NCBI GenBank assembly: GCA_951406725.2
Contig: OX597817.1
Coordinates: forward strand, 119,846,001 to 119,910,000
Origin: Octopus vulgaris
Taxonomy: Eukaryota
Reading direction: 5' to 3'
Length of the DNA: 64,000 nt
Numbering within the stretch: the stretch's first letter is position 1; each line of letters opens with the position of its first letter. The notes beneath the pieces were generated by a model. The model was not told the DNA's origin. It was given only the letters and a program-made list of their open reading frames with translations, and did no database searches. Made by a program: the position numbers and the translations under genes. Positions 27,526 through 39,656 of this stretch are shown here, one piece after another.

Positions 27526-27712
27526 GTTATTTTTTAATCCCTACAAATATTTTCATAAAATATAGTTCTTCATATATATACAGGTATTTGAATATGCAGC
27601 CGGTTACCTGTATAATGGGATCCAGTTGTATTTCCTCAGGTGAATATCAAATACCTGTATATATGAAGAACTATGTTGTATAGAAACATTTGTAGTGATT
27701 AAAAAATAACTG
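27526..27712 (-). mobile_element. Penelope-like fold-back remnant with degenerate hammerhead motif
   Basis: Inverted arms 27526-27595 and 27643-27710. Minus strand carries tcac-CTGAGGA-aatacaac; the plus arm carries gttgtata-GAAAC-attt-GTA-gtga. Confidence 0.55.
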
Positions 27713-27940
27713 TCCAACTGTAATCCCTCTTGTTGAAGTATATCTTATTCTATTTTATTTTCACACACAACGAATACCCAAATCTAGGCTTGGAAGTATA
27801 TAATACTACTAGCTGTTAGGTAATTCTTAGGGTAAATGAGCTCTATGCTACACTCTACTATGTTCCTAACAGAATACACCTTAAATATAGATACATACAT
27901 ATACATATATGTATACACATATATACAGAGAGAGAGAGAG

Positions 27941-27979
<39 letters not shown>

Positions 27980-28229
27980 AGATACAAGAAGCGTATATGT
28001 ATAAGATAAATACATTTCAACCAGTTATACATTTTGCAAAGAACAGAGGAATAGTGGAATAAAATGTAAATGAATTATTTTTTTTTGCCTGTGTTTCTCT
28101 TATCTTTTGACATTCTTGTGCTTCTACATATATCTGCAGATAAAATAAATTTGAAGACTCAAAAGTATGGCTTCCATTATACACTACACATTATTAAGGT
28201 ATAATGTGATACAAATTACATATACCAGA

Positions 28230-28390
28230 GAAGTACATAAATATATATATATACACACACATATATATATGTGTATATATACATATATAAATATATACAT
28301 GCACACACACGTCTATGCATATATATATATATATAAATATATATATATACATACATATGTAAATATATAAATATATATATATATATATAT

Positions 28391-28456
<66 letters not shown>

Positions 28457-28480
28457 TATATATACATATATATATATATG
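28230..28480. repeat. (TA)n/(CA)n microsatellite
   Basis: Direct reading; source of the IY-repeat ORFs. Confidence 0.95.
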
Positions 28481-28606
28481 TAATGTTAATCCAAACAAGA
28501 AAGCACAAAAAACACAACAACGTGAGGATGTGGAACAAATATAGTATTATTGGATGCTCAGGAAAGAAGGAAAGTTTAACGTTTCAAGCGGAGCTCTTTG
28601 TCTGAA
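28481..28606 (-). mobile_element. Penelope-type terminal fragment with decayed minimal hammerhead
   Basis: Minus strand reads tt-CAGACAA-agagc-tcc-gctt-GAAAC-GTT-aaac (ancestral CTGACGA...GAAACGTT). Confidence 0.5.
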
Positions 28607-28632
28607 TATTATGAATATATATACATATATAT

Positions 28633-28697
<65 letters not shown>

Positions 28698-28698
<1 letters not shown>

Positions 28699-28965
28699 CG
28701 AGCGAGGTTGTTGCCAGTGCTGCTGTACTGGCTTTTCTGCAGTTGGCACGTGTGGCTGTTGCCAGTACCACCTGACTGGCCCTCATGCCAGTAACACGTA
28801 AAAGCACACCCACTACACCCTTGGAGTGGTTGGCATCAGGAAAGGCATCCAGTTGTAGAAACTCTGCCAGATCAGATTGGAGTTTGGTGCATCCATCTGG
28901 TTCACCAGTCCTCAGTATAATCGTCCATCCCATGCCAGCATGGAAAGCAGACGTTAAACAATGAT
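28698..28965 (+). mobile_element. RTE-derived non-autonomous retroelement (family C)
   Basis: ggttggcatcaggaaaggcatccag and the 3' end catgccagcatggaaagcagacgttaaacaatgat. Confidence 0.8.
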
Positions 28966-29081
28966 ATACACATATATATATATATATATACATGCATATA
29001 TATACACACACACATACACACACACACATATATATATATCTACATATATATATATCTACATATATATATATATGTAAATAC

Positions 29082-29134
<53 letters not shown>

Positions 29135-29193
29135 TACACCAAATACACTTAGATATATGATAGAAAATGGAATGTATGACATCCTTCATATAA

Positions 29194-29305
29194 AATCACT
29201 ACAATTGTTTCGGCACATTTTTACACTCATAGTATGCTGTTGAGATGTTGTATAATCATTATCATACATTCAAGGTGTAAAATGGATACACTTCCTTGGG
29301 TGATT
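29194..29305 (-). other. Degenerate type I hammerhead-like motif with long stem II (Penelope-associated)
   Basis: Minus strand: aatcac-CCAAGGA-[ttttacac...gtgtaaaa]-GAAAC-aatt-GTA-gtgatt; stem I aatcac/gtgatt is perfect. Confidence 0.45.
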
Positions 29306-29444
29306 GTTTAAATGAGTTCTTCATTAGATACCACCATCATTTTGCACACTGTGAAGATACATTCGTAAAGTGATATGTCATTTTCAATAATTTCCAGACA
29401 AAACTAAATCCCTAGATATAGTGACAGTCAAAATACAGTTATAA

Positions 29445-29660
29445 TCATCATCATTTAGCAACTGCTTTCCATGCTGGCATGGGTCTGACTGAACCTGGTA
29501 AGCTGCAGAGCTGCATCAGGTTCCAGTTTCATTTGGCATGGTTCCTAACATCAACCACTCCAAGTGTGTAATGGGTGATTTTTTACATGCTGCCAGCACA
29601 GGTATCAGTTACATGACACTGGTATTAGCCATGACGACGATGTCAATTGGCTTGACTAAT
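29445..29660 (-). mobile_element. Family C RTE-derived element, decayed
   Basis: catcatcatttagcaactgctttccatgctggcatggg; further copies at 31390-31560 and 42915-43050. Confidence 0.7.
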
Positions 29661-29891
29661 CAAAATACAAAACACAGAAATAAAGAACTAGCTAATAAAA
29701 TAAAAGGAGTAGGGGTGGTGAAGTTGACTTAAATTATAATTCTATCTTCATGGTCTGATTATAAGGAAGAAAGTACAAAACAGAATGAAGAATAAAATTA
29801 AGTATTTAGAAATAACAAAGTGACAAAGTGATGAAAATGGACTATTTCAGTAATCAACTGTTTCTTTGTTTCTTTGAATGACCTAAGTTAC

Positions 29892-30025
29892 CTTGTGTTT
29901 GTCATAACAAAAACAACTGGCTCCATTCTACACTTGAATCGGTCCCTTAGCATTTAGTTTTTATATCCTTCTTTGAAACAATTAGACATAAAAAAGTTAG
30001 TGGGCATCTTTACCCCCACCGTAAC
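29892..30025 (-). pseudogene. Pseudo-exon: Roc G4-like segment
   Basis: tacag| acceptor and AAG|gtaact donor. MLRDRFKCRMEPVVFVMTNT(R) resembles sPVilVgTH.D. Confidence 0.4.
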
Positions 30026-30779
30026 CTGTACACATATCTAGACGGTAGTGTATATAGTTTTATATATATATACACATATATATACACACACATATATATA
30101 TCACTTTATATATACACACACATATATATCACTTTATATATACATGCATAGTTGCTTCTTAGAAATATTCTTACAATTTTTACTGTTTATATCAATATCA
30201 ATATGTTGGGCTGACAGTCTAACCTACTCACAACGTAATGTGTATCTCCTTAAATATACATACATGTATCTATACATGCACATATACTGTATATACTTCT
30301 TACATATAATCTTACTATTATAGAAGCAGGAAAGATATAGTATAATATAGTATGATGAAATATATATGCATATAGCTATTAATATATGCACATATAGACA
30401 CTTCTTTTATACATAATTATTATTTCTAAAGACAGAAATTAAAGAAGGTAAAATAATAAATACATGCATATATATACTTATATATACACATATAAATACT
30501 TCTTATATAGATTCTTACTGTTCATAAAATACAGAAATAGATAATACATTTATCTGCTTGTATAAACTCTACGGATATTATGGAATTACTGATGTATATT
30601 CAGTAGCCGGAACCTTTCCACTGTATAACATCAGGTAGCCAAAAACTGCCCATGTGCTATATGTATGCAGGCATGACCATACCTAAATGTTATAGAAGAG
30701 ATGTGTAAGCATGTGTGCACGTCTGTATGAGAATGTGTATGCATAATTAATTATGTATGTACATGCATACATATGAAAA

Positions 30780-31120
30780 AGCACATGAAGGTATGGTCTA
30801 TAATGCTCACAATTGTAATTAAAAATCGAATGAATTTCTATTATGTAGTAAATATTTTGGCAGGAATGTTTCAAGGTGACAATCTGACTTTGCTTTTCAG
30901 TATTTTTGGCCCCAAATCCATAGACATTTCCTTTACAAAAATTCCTCTGGTTATGCCCAAAGGCCTAAAACAGAAAGAAACACTAATTCTTTTCTTAATT
31001 TCTTTGCTAACAAAATATTTACAATACTGAGAAACATTTTTGACATTTTTAGCTGATGCAGAGACAGAGTTTGGCCAAAAGAATAGTTCATATTTAACAA
31101 ATAAATATGGAAAAATTGTT
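30780..31120 (+). mobile_element. R4/Dong-type LINE RT relic
   Basis: GMFQGDNLTLLF (~GIFQGDSLSPLLF) and DAETEFGQKNS (~DI.MEFGLDKC). Confidence 0.55.
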
Positions 31121-31282
31121 TCCCAAACCCCAAAATTTATATCAATGGTCTCTCTATTTCCTTTGCTCCACACACGTACTGCAACTACCAAGGTATTGAT
31201 GGAAATATATCATACAAAGGTCTGCTAACAAAAATACAATGACTAAAGAACTTTATGGTAGAGACTAAAAGCAGTATATAGT

Positions 31283-31330
<48 letters not shown>

Positions 31331-31708
31331 TGTACATATGTATATACATATATATAAATATATAATATGCACATACACATATATATCTACCACTATCATT
31401 ATCACTTAAGATCCCTTGTTCCATGCTTGCATGGATTGGATGTTTTGACAAGAACTGAAGAACCAGAGTGCTCTGCCAGGTTCTATGCCAACTCTGGCAT
31501 TGTTTCTAAAGCTGGATGCCATTCCTTGCACCAAGTACTTAACAAAGTGCACTGGATGCTTCATATATGATATATATGTATATTATATATAATATTGTAG
31601 ATTATATGAAAATGCATTATATGTTATACATATTATACTTATGCATCATATATATAAATATTGTATATTATATGAAAATGCCTTATATGTTATATATTTT
31701 ATACCTGT

Positions 31709-31977
31709 ATGTTAGGTCGTCAAGTATGAAATTTGTAGTAAGGTGTATGGTAAATTTTAACAGCTGCTCAATTTGCACCATTATTATATTTTGACAAACT
31801 TTGTTGTTTTGTTAGAAAGCTGACACATCTATTTCTTTATTCTAACTCATTTTGCACTTTATAAAGTATTCATAAATCGTTTTTTGCTATTTTTGTTTAG
31901 AGATGGATAAATCAGAAATTTATACAATTTTTGAAATACGAGTTCTTTCTTGGAAAAACATCATCACAGACAGCTCT
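31709..31977 (+). mobile_element. mariner 5' end relic
   Basis: TIR-like ttaggtcgtcaagtatgaaa and N-terminus MDKSEI...YEF.LGKTSSQTA. Confidence 0.65.
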
Positions 31978-32350
31978 GTCGTTTTCCCAACTACTGACAC
32001 ATTAATTCAGGAACAGGTAAGTCACTTAATCGAATAACATTCAATACATTCAAGTTTTTTTAACATCCTTGCATTTTCTGACTTAGCTCAAAATCATGCC
32101 ACATACATATATGCAACAACGTAAGAGTTAGTAATGTGTGGTTTAGAAAAATGCCCACCCTGTATTTAGCCCTCCCTGAAATTAGAATTTCCAGTGATTT
32201 TATATATTTCTATTTTTATGGTTTATTCAGATAAAGAAAGGGCACTATCCTAAATTATTTGAAAGGTCTCAGAAACTATTTGTAAAATGTTAGGAAGAAA
32301 TCTCACATTATGGGTTATACTCAGGCTGGTGACTTGGTTCAGATAATTAC

Positions 32351-32513
32351 CACAGAATATGATCTGTTAAAGTCACCCAAGAGCTAAGTGGTATTGTTAC
32401 ACTAGGTCATGATTAAATATGCTGGTAAAAAATATTTCTCCTAAGTGTCATGAGTGAAGCATATTAAATCAAAAGGTGAATCAAAGATACTAAGAATTGT
32501 TATTTTCAATTCC
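32351..32513 (-). pseudogene. Pseudo-exon: Roc G3-like segment
   Basis: cactgtag| acceptor and GTG|gtaatt donor; ELKITILSIFDSPFDLICFTHDT*EKYFLPAYLI. Confidence 0.35.
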
Positions 32514-32996
32514 CTACAGTGAATATTTTCTTCTAACAATTTTTCTGAAAGCGCCAAGAAAGTTGGCAAAAATATATACTTCTACAATATTTCATACATA
32601 TTGCATGATTAGTAAGATATTAATATGGAAAATCAAAACAAAAATTGATTTTGCCATCAAAGTCTGACTTCAAAAATGATATGAACGTTAAAAAATGCTG
32701 ACATGAAAAATATATTTGTTCTTTTTTTTCCTCCCTTTCTTAAGTTCACTTTTAGTCATACTTGTGGCTCCTAATTCTTAAAAAAAAAGTGTATTGATTA
32801 TCGAAGCAATATATTTTGTTGATAATTTTCACTAAATATATGCACAACTTCATATTTTAAATGTTAAACACATTAATATTTACTATTTTAAAATTCTTAC
32901 TGACTATTTATTATTATTCCGAATAGCACTTCTATTTTAATATATAATATATTTATTCAATTTGTTAAAAGGATTAGTCATTTAACAAAATCATTC

Positions 32997-33088
32997 CTAT
33001 ACTGGAGGATCTGGATAATCAGGTGAGGCTTGTGCAGTTATTATATTACCATTAAGCATTATTTCTTGTATTGATAATTTAACATAGT
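32997..33088 (-). pseudogene. Short exon-like segment (D)YVKLSIQEIMLNGNIITAQASPDYPDPPV*
   Basis: aatttag| acceptor, phase 1. Either a terminal exon or an internal exon using a CCA|gtatag donor. Confidence 0.3.
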
Positions 33089-33213
33089 CTAAATTTATAA
33101 GTAATCCACTTAATATATACTCTGTATGTGTGTATGTATATATATATGATATATATAATATATAATATATATGTATATATACACACACTTAGATATATAT
33201 ACACATATGCACA

Positions 33214-33246
<33 letters not shown>

Positions 33247-33248
<2 letters not shown>

Positions 33249-33425
33249 TTTATCTTTTACTTGTTTCAGTCATCAGACTGTAGCTAAGCTGGGACACTGC
33301 CTTGAGGAATTTTAGCTAAACTAATCAAAGTCAGTACTCATTTTCTTTTTAAGCCTAGTACTTATTCTATTGGTATTTTTTGCCAAACCACTAAGTTACA
33401 GGGATGTAAATACACCAACACTGTG
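33247..33425 (-). mobile_element. SINE family A 3' half, decayed
   Basis: ttttacttgtttcagtcat...gtacttattctat...taaatacacc. Confidence 0.75.
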
Positions 33426-35144
33426 TGTGTGTGCATATATTTTTTGCCCTTACGTATCATAGTGCAATGTAGATAACAGTGAGAAAACTAAAGAACTAAT
33501 GATCTTTCAAAAAGATCTTCTGTAACGTTTTGGGCACTCTTGTCATCAGAAATTTAGTGACCACTGATAGGGTCTTGAGATCTTGTAACCAATAATACTA
33601 TTTTTCATGAACTGTTATATAATGTATAAATAATTATTTCAAGTAAAGGGCCAGAAATCTTAGGAAGGGAAAGCTAGTCAACCCCACAAAGGGGGAAAAG
33701 GTAAAACCAGCTTTGGCAGAATTTGAACCCATAACATAAAATCAGACAAAATGACACTTTGCATTTTGTCCCGTATGATAGTGATTCTGCTGGCTAACCA
33801 CCTTATATATAATATACAAATAATATAATAAGTAAGTAATCATGACCAAAATTTCTAATAAAATCACAAAACATACAGAGATTAACTAATACAGCGTGTT
33901 TTTCATTATGAAAAATGTAAGCTACTTTAATGCAGTTATAATTGACTAATAGATCTGACTGTTATTCTTACGAATATACAATAATTAGGAGGAAAAATAA
34001 CAGATTTTGCAATTTTTAATACATTTATGGTTTCATTCATTTATATCATTTTATAGAGGAGAATGTATTTTCTTGTTTTTGACTTTCACCCCAAATTTTT
34101 CATAGCATTGACTAATATCCCACAAATGCAATTATATTTTCTATATAAAATTAATTATTTGCTCATAGATTTTATTAAAATATCTCATTTGATCATCACT
34201 TTCAATATAACTGCTCACAAAAATTAATCTCACAATAAATGACATATTAATTTTTATTAGTAATTGTACTAAATATGTCTAACACGTATCAGTTGGTAAT
34301 TTTACAGACTGAATTATAACAGAAAGATTTGAAAATCATTTAGCATGTAAATATGATTAATATATTTTGTGTCTGAAAAAACTACCTTTATATCTTATAA
34401 CTATCTCAGTTTCAGAAAAATATGGTGGAGCAATACAACTAATCTACATTGCTTAAGGAGATTGAAAAGCTTTCAGAGACTATATTAGTGGCATCATAGA
34501 GAGTTCAACCAACTGTGAGGAATACTATAGAGAAATAACCAGTCAATAGTTAGCTAGTAATGATAACAAATAAGAGGCCAGGAGATAGACATACAAAAGA
34601 AAAATAGAACTTTTAGTAGAATAATTTACTGGTGAACACAAAAACCAGCGATGGAGCCTCCTTATCATTGCTCACCCGGCTAGAAAGGGCAGTTAAATTT
34701 TCTTCAAATAGTACCCCCACTAGCTAACAACAAGAAGATTGCATTAGATAATGTCATTCTAGATACACTATGAATAAAATAACAGATGGTCGCAACTGGC
34801 ATTAATCAACATAAACAGTGATTAGCATATAGGACATTCATCATGAAACAAACGATGTGTGAATGGAATTATCTGTGCATCATAAGTTGTTGTTTTTTTT
34901 ATATAATAAACAAGTTATACTTTTTTTAAGTAAGCCTTAACAAGAATAACAATTAGCAAATGATTAACAATTAAGTACTCAGCAACACAAAATAATTTTT
35001 AAAATTAAAAAAGAGTTCCTCATTCCAAACTTAGAAACCTTCTTATAAACTTTGCTAATCCATTTTTGCATGGTCTTACTAATGATTTGGCAATTATCAG
35101 AATGACACTTAAATGAGAAGAAAGCACTTGTGTTTTTCTTATAC

Positions 35145-35528
35145 CTTTCAAGGATACTAAGAACCTGAGTTAAAAGATGGAGGATGACATGTTTGAAATT
35201 CTTTTTCAAGCCTGAAAAACCTTGATTTGTCATTTTATGAAGGCAAGTATGATTTGAGAATAATTCAAAATGTTGATAATATGCTGTTGATCCATCTTTC
35301 TTCTTAGTCATTAGTATTGTAATTGCTTGATGAATTTCACTTTTAAACAGAAGACTGGATCAAATAGGATACTTTTTCTTGAACACTTCTAAAATTAGAT
35401 GGATTTATCAATATATTCATTGTTAAACTATTCCATGCTATAGTCTTTAAAAGGAACGGTGTGTTTTTAACCATATGAATACCAATACACTGATGCTTAT
35501 AACCAACTAGGTAGAAGTATCCAAAGAT
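35145..35528 (-). pseudogene. Pseudo-exon: COR-A-like segment
   Basis: ttgttag| acceptor, phase 1. (D)LWILLPSWL (~VILDPQWL), RL*HGIV, KYPI*SSLL; reading continues into ORF 34979-35311. Confidence 0.35.
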
Positions 35529-35703
35529 CTAACAATACAGTTGAACTACAATACTAAATTAGTGAGAATTAATAGTAATCACATCAAATTCATACTGAAA
35601 TTATATTTCAGGACATAACACTGTAAATCTTTACATTCTATTAGACTGACTACTGCAGTTATGCTGTGAGAAAATGTGCATTGTCATTCCCGAGCAACTT
35701 AAC

Positions 35704-36135
35704 CAGTGCAGATAGTTACAGGACCTGTTCTTGTATCTTGAGCAATATTTTCTGGATTCTCATAATCACTCATACACTCTTCACCTAAATCTATGTTAAT
35801 TCTAACACCTTCCTTTCCACAATTATTTTTAGCATTTTCTGTATTTGGAAGTTTGTAAGCCGTATTAGTATTTGAATTGTTATTCATTTGTAAGTAAACT
35901 GAAGTTTGTCTAGAACAAATACTTTTATGGAATCCCTCATCCAATGTTTTGCTGATATTTAATACTTTTCAGATATCTAATACACTACCAACAAAACACT
36001 AATCATTATTTTTTTTTTACTGTTGCCATAGTCATTGGGTCAGGATCTCCATCTGATTCATGTAACTCATCATATAAAGAACCACTTTCTTTTCTTTTAT
36101 GAGTTGAGGCTTGAGGTGGGGGACATACATATGAA
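35704..36135 (-). pseudogene. Pseudo-exon: low-complexity, tyrosine-motif-rich segment
   Basis: YVCPPP...SLYDEL...VYLQM...AYKLP...DYENP...TICT; CTG|gttaag donor; one frameshift and two stops. Confidence 0.4.
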
Positions 36136-36151
36136 TAATTACAATACTTAA

Positions 36152-36371
36152 CCATTCAGCATTCAGATTTCTTTGCTGAATGTAATGCTTATTTATTCAC
36201 ATTGATATGAATTAGTCGTGTATTACCTTGTACCTTTGAAATTTCAATGATGTGATTGTTTACTTTTAGAATAATAATGTAAAGTAAGTATGACAGGCCA
36301 GATCTGGCCAGTTTGAAAATGATACATGTAGATTATTTTGTCTGGATATGGCTGGTTTAAATGTTAATAGG
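36152..36371. mobile_element. piggyBac-type MITE, decayed second family
   Basis: TTAA-ccattcagcatt at the left end and aatgttaatagg-taaa at the right end. Confidence 0.6.
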
Positions 36372-37422
36372 TAAACTTTTCTAAATTTGCATCTTCACAT
36401 TGTTAAGCAGTTTTATGATGTTGTCAGTAATATATACATACATGTGTGTGTGTGTGTGTGTGATACCAACATATATCACTTGAAATGTTCATAATAAATG
36501 CATTTGAAATATCGTTAATTGGTTCTGGGATTATTCTAACATTATACAACTCATGTTAACAACAATCTAGCCAATCTCAGCTTGTATAATACAGTTATAA
36601 TGAATATAGCTTTAAGAAATGCAGATTTGAACATCAAGCTGAAAATAGAGGGTGAAATGTACTACATTAAGCTATATTGTATAGTTTGATATACAATGTA
36701 TTATATATATATATTACATTTATATTATGTAATATTTATAACATTTATATTATATATAGTTTATTTATTATGTATCACACCACACAAAAAATCATTTGAC
36801 ATGCATGTTTCCATGGTTACATATATTTCTTATATATTATACATTATAAATTTTATATGTAACTTTGCTTTATTTTATAAGATTATATATTACTATCATT
36901 TCCCTTCTTAGCTTGTGTTTAATTCTACTAGCTTTTAATGTCACACCCCCCATCTTTCTCTCTCTCTCACACACACACACTCACACACAGAATTTAGTGC
37001 TTGCTAATTGTTTTTTTCTTTCATTTTTTCCTTCTCTAGCTTATGATTTATTATACTGCTAAACAGATTTCTGCCATCCCACAGGATTTGAGGCTTGCTT
37101 TTCAGCAATGCAACTGTCCTAACTCCCATACTGGATGTTTATCACTTTCTCACCTCTCTTACTTGATATGTAATCAAAAATATTTTTTAAAAATAGAAAA
37201 AAAAAAAACACTCCAGCCCTCTGTGACTATCTGTAACCTCTCCCACACACTCATAGCTCATCTGTTTCATATAACAGATACAACTGCCCCACTGCACCAG
37301 GATCCAGCAAAGAGTAATAAAAAAAATGTTTTAGCATACACACAAAACAATGGTATCCTTAATGACATTAGGTATATATACATATACACAGGCACACATA
37401 TTTGTATATATATGCATATGTA

Positions 37423-37470
<48 letters not shown>

Positions 37471-37892
37471 TATGTATACATATATATGTATATATGTATA
37501 TATTTATATTCATTTATTTACTGATAATAGCTTAAATGGCACCTATTGTAGCATATGCAGCAAATGTTGGAGAACAAATGAATGATGGTAAATTTAATAA
37601 TAGGGAAAAGTACTCATGTGTATAAATCTATCAATTATCACTAAACCAGAGTCTGATCTTTGTTTTTTTAATTCTCTACAGGTACAGATAGAGTCAGACT
37701 TTAATGAATGAACATGCAAGCAGTTTTACTACTGAAGGCACCCATCCCTTCCTGCAGGTTCCAAAATTTTATGGCAGCAACTATAAACATAGGTGCATTT
37801 AGTGCAGAAAGACAAATGGAGCAAAAATTGTGATGGTAATGAGAAAGGCATCCACCCATAGAGTATTGCTTTTATTAATATGCTTTAATGTG

Positions 37893-38245
37893 AGGGAACA
37901 TGGCGAGTGGTTAGGGTATTGCACTTGAAATTACAAGATCATGGTTTCAATTTCTGGGTCAGATAGTACATTGTGTTCTTGAGCAAAACACTTCATCTCA
38001 CGATGCACTGCAATCACTTTGACACCTGATGTACGGTCCACCATGCCTCTGTTCAGGCAATGTTAATTTTGATGGAGGGAGTGAACTAATGTACAGGACA
38101 TACATTTGATCGCTATAAACAAATCATTTGTGCAGATTCTTCAGCAAGAAATACAGAACTATTTTGCTTGGATTACAAGAGACTACTATCTGCACAGCCT
38201 TCCCTAACTGATGTCAGAATGGCAAAAACAGATGTGAAAATATTG
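37893..38245 (+). mobile_element. tRNA-derived CORE-like SINE (another family)
   Basis: A-box tggcgagtggtt, B-box ggtttcaatt, CORE-like tgtgttcttgagcaaaacact. Confidence 0.7.
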
Positions 38246-39413
38246 TTAACGGGGATACTGATGCTAATGATGATTTTGTGTGTGTGTGTAACACACATAC
38301 ACCACTCATACATACCTAGATGTAATACTGATTTAGGCGGGGGTGTTGGTTAGTAACATATTCTTGATAGTTTGTCAAGTATCTTATAAAGTACATAGGT
38401 GAAATTTGAACATGAAAAAAAAAAAAAGGGAGCAGTGATTTTTACAGAACAAAGTTGACTGACATTTTTATTGAGATAAAAAAGAAATAAAAGAAAAGGC
38501 TAGGAAAGAGCAAACATAATGCTATTGAATTCAGCTATTCAAGCAACTATTAAACATATATTAATGATACCTCATTCAACATCAACAAGAATCAATAAAC
38601 TGATATTTCCATAGAAATTTAAAGAAAAGATAATTACAGATTTGATGCTTTTTATAATGAGTTACAACCTTTGAACCTTCCTGTCTTTCTTCTTCCTAGA
38701 TACATTATTTTCTTTATAGCAACTGATAAAAATCATTCTTTCTTTTTTTCTTTCTTAGTGTTTTCTTTCTTTTTTTTTGTTCTTTTCTATTTTCATTATT
38801 GAAAATATTGAGAAATGAACAAAAAAGAAATCAGAAAAAATATATTTCTATAATTTTCAGTTCTGTTGATTTTCATTAGGTTTAGTTTAAGGTTCAGTAG
38901 ATAGCTGGTCAAACTATCATAATAAGAAAAAATAGTCATGGATTATTACACATTTCTCAGTCATTATTAGTGATTTCAAAATCAATATAAAATAAATATA
39001 GTTTTGATGAAAAGAACACAACAATAATAATAATGATTTCTTTGATAAGCACAGTTTAATTTTTTTTATTTAGTAATACATAGTTTGAATATCCGAACCA
39101 GAACCTTACTGGTATTTATTATATCAATTACAGAATGAATAAACTATTTGACAGTGTTTGAATTTAAACTGGAAGATGTGATGTAGAAAATGAGATATTA
39201 TGTATAAACTAGTTTATATTCAATCATGACCAGCCTCAAACTTTTTAGAATATAACTTTAGTAGACAAAGACAAATTATAAACATAAGTTCATATTTCAA
39301 CCTTTTGTAAATAATGACCTTTTTGTTTGTTTATTTTTTTCTTTTGGTATTATAAATCAAGAATTGATAATAATGCCAATTTATAAGGTCATATGATTAT
39401 CTCTATGAAATAC

Positions 39414-39569
39414 CTTCAAATTATACAAGAAAGTTTGTGGTGTTTGTTCTATTTTAATATCATTAATAGCAGGATTGACATCTCAGTTCAAAATGTGATG
39501 TAAAGCCAATTAGCAGATATGCTTTACTGACATATTACCCAAAATTTACAGTGCAGCCCAAACAATATT
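39414..39569 (-). pseudogene. Pseudo-exon: MFHAS1-like COR C-terminus
   Basis: tattatag| acceptor and AAG|gtattt donor. NIVWAAL.../GFTSHFELRCQSC resembles MFHAS1 AWQAI...PGLHYTVHILCSKC. Confidence 0.5.
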
Positions 39570-39656
39570 CTATAATAAGCAAAACATTAAAGCATTAATA
39601 TATCAATAAATGTAATTAAATGCAAAGATATGTAAATGTAATAAAAAAAATATGAC

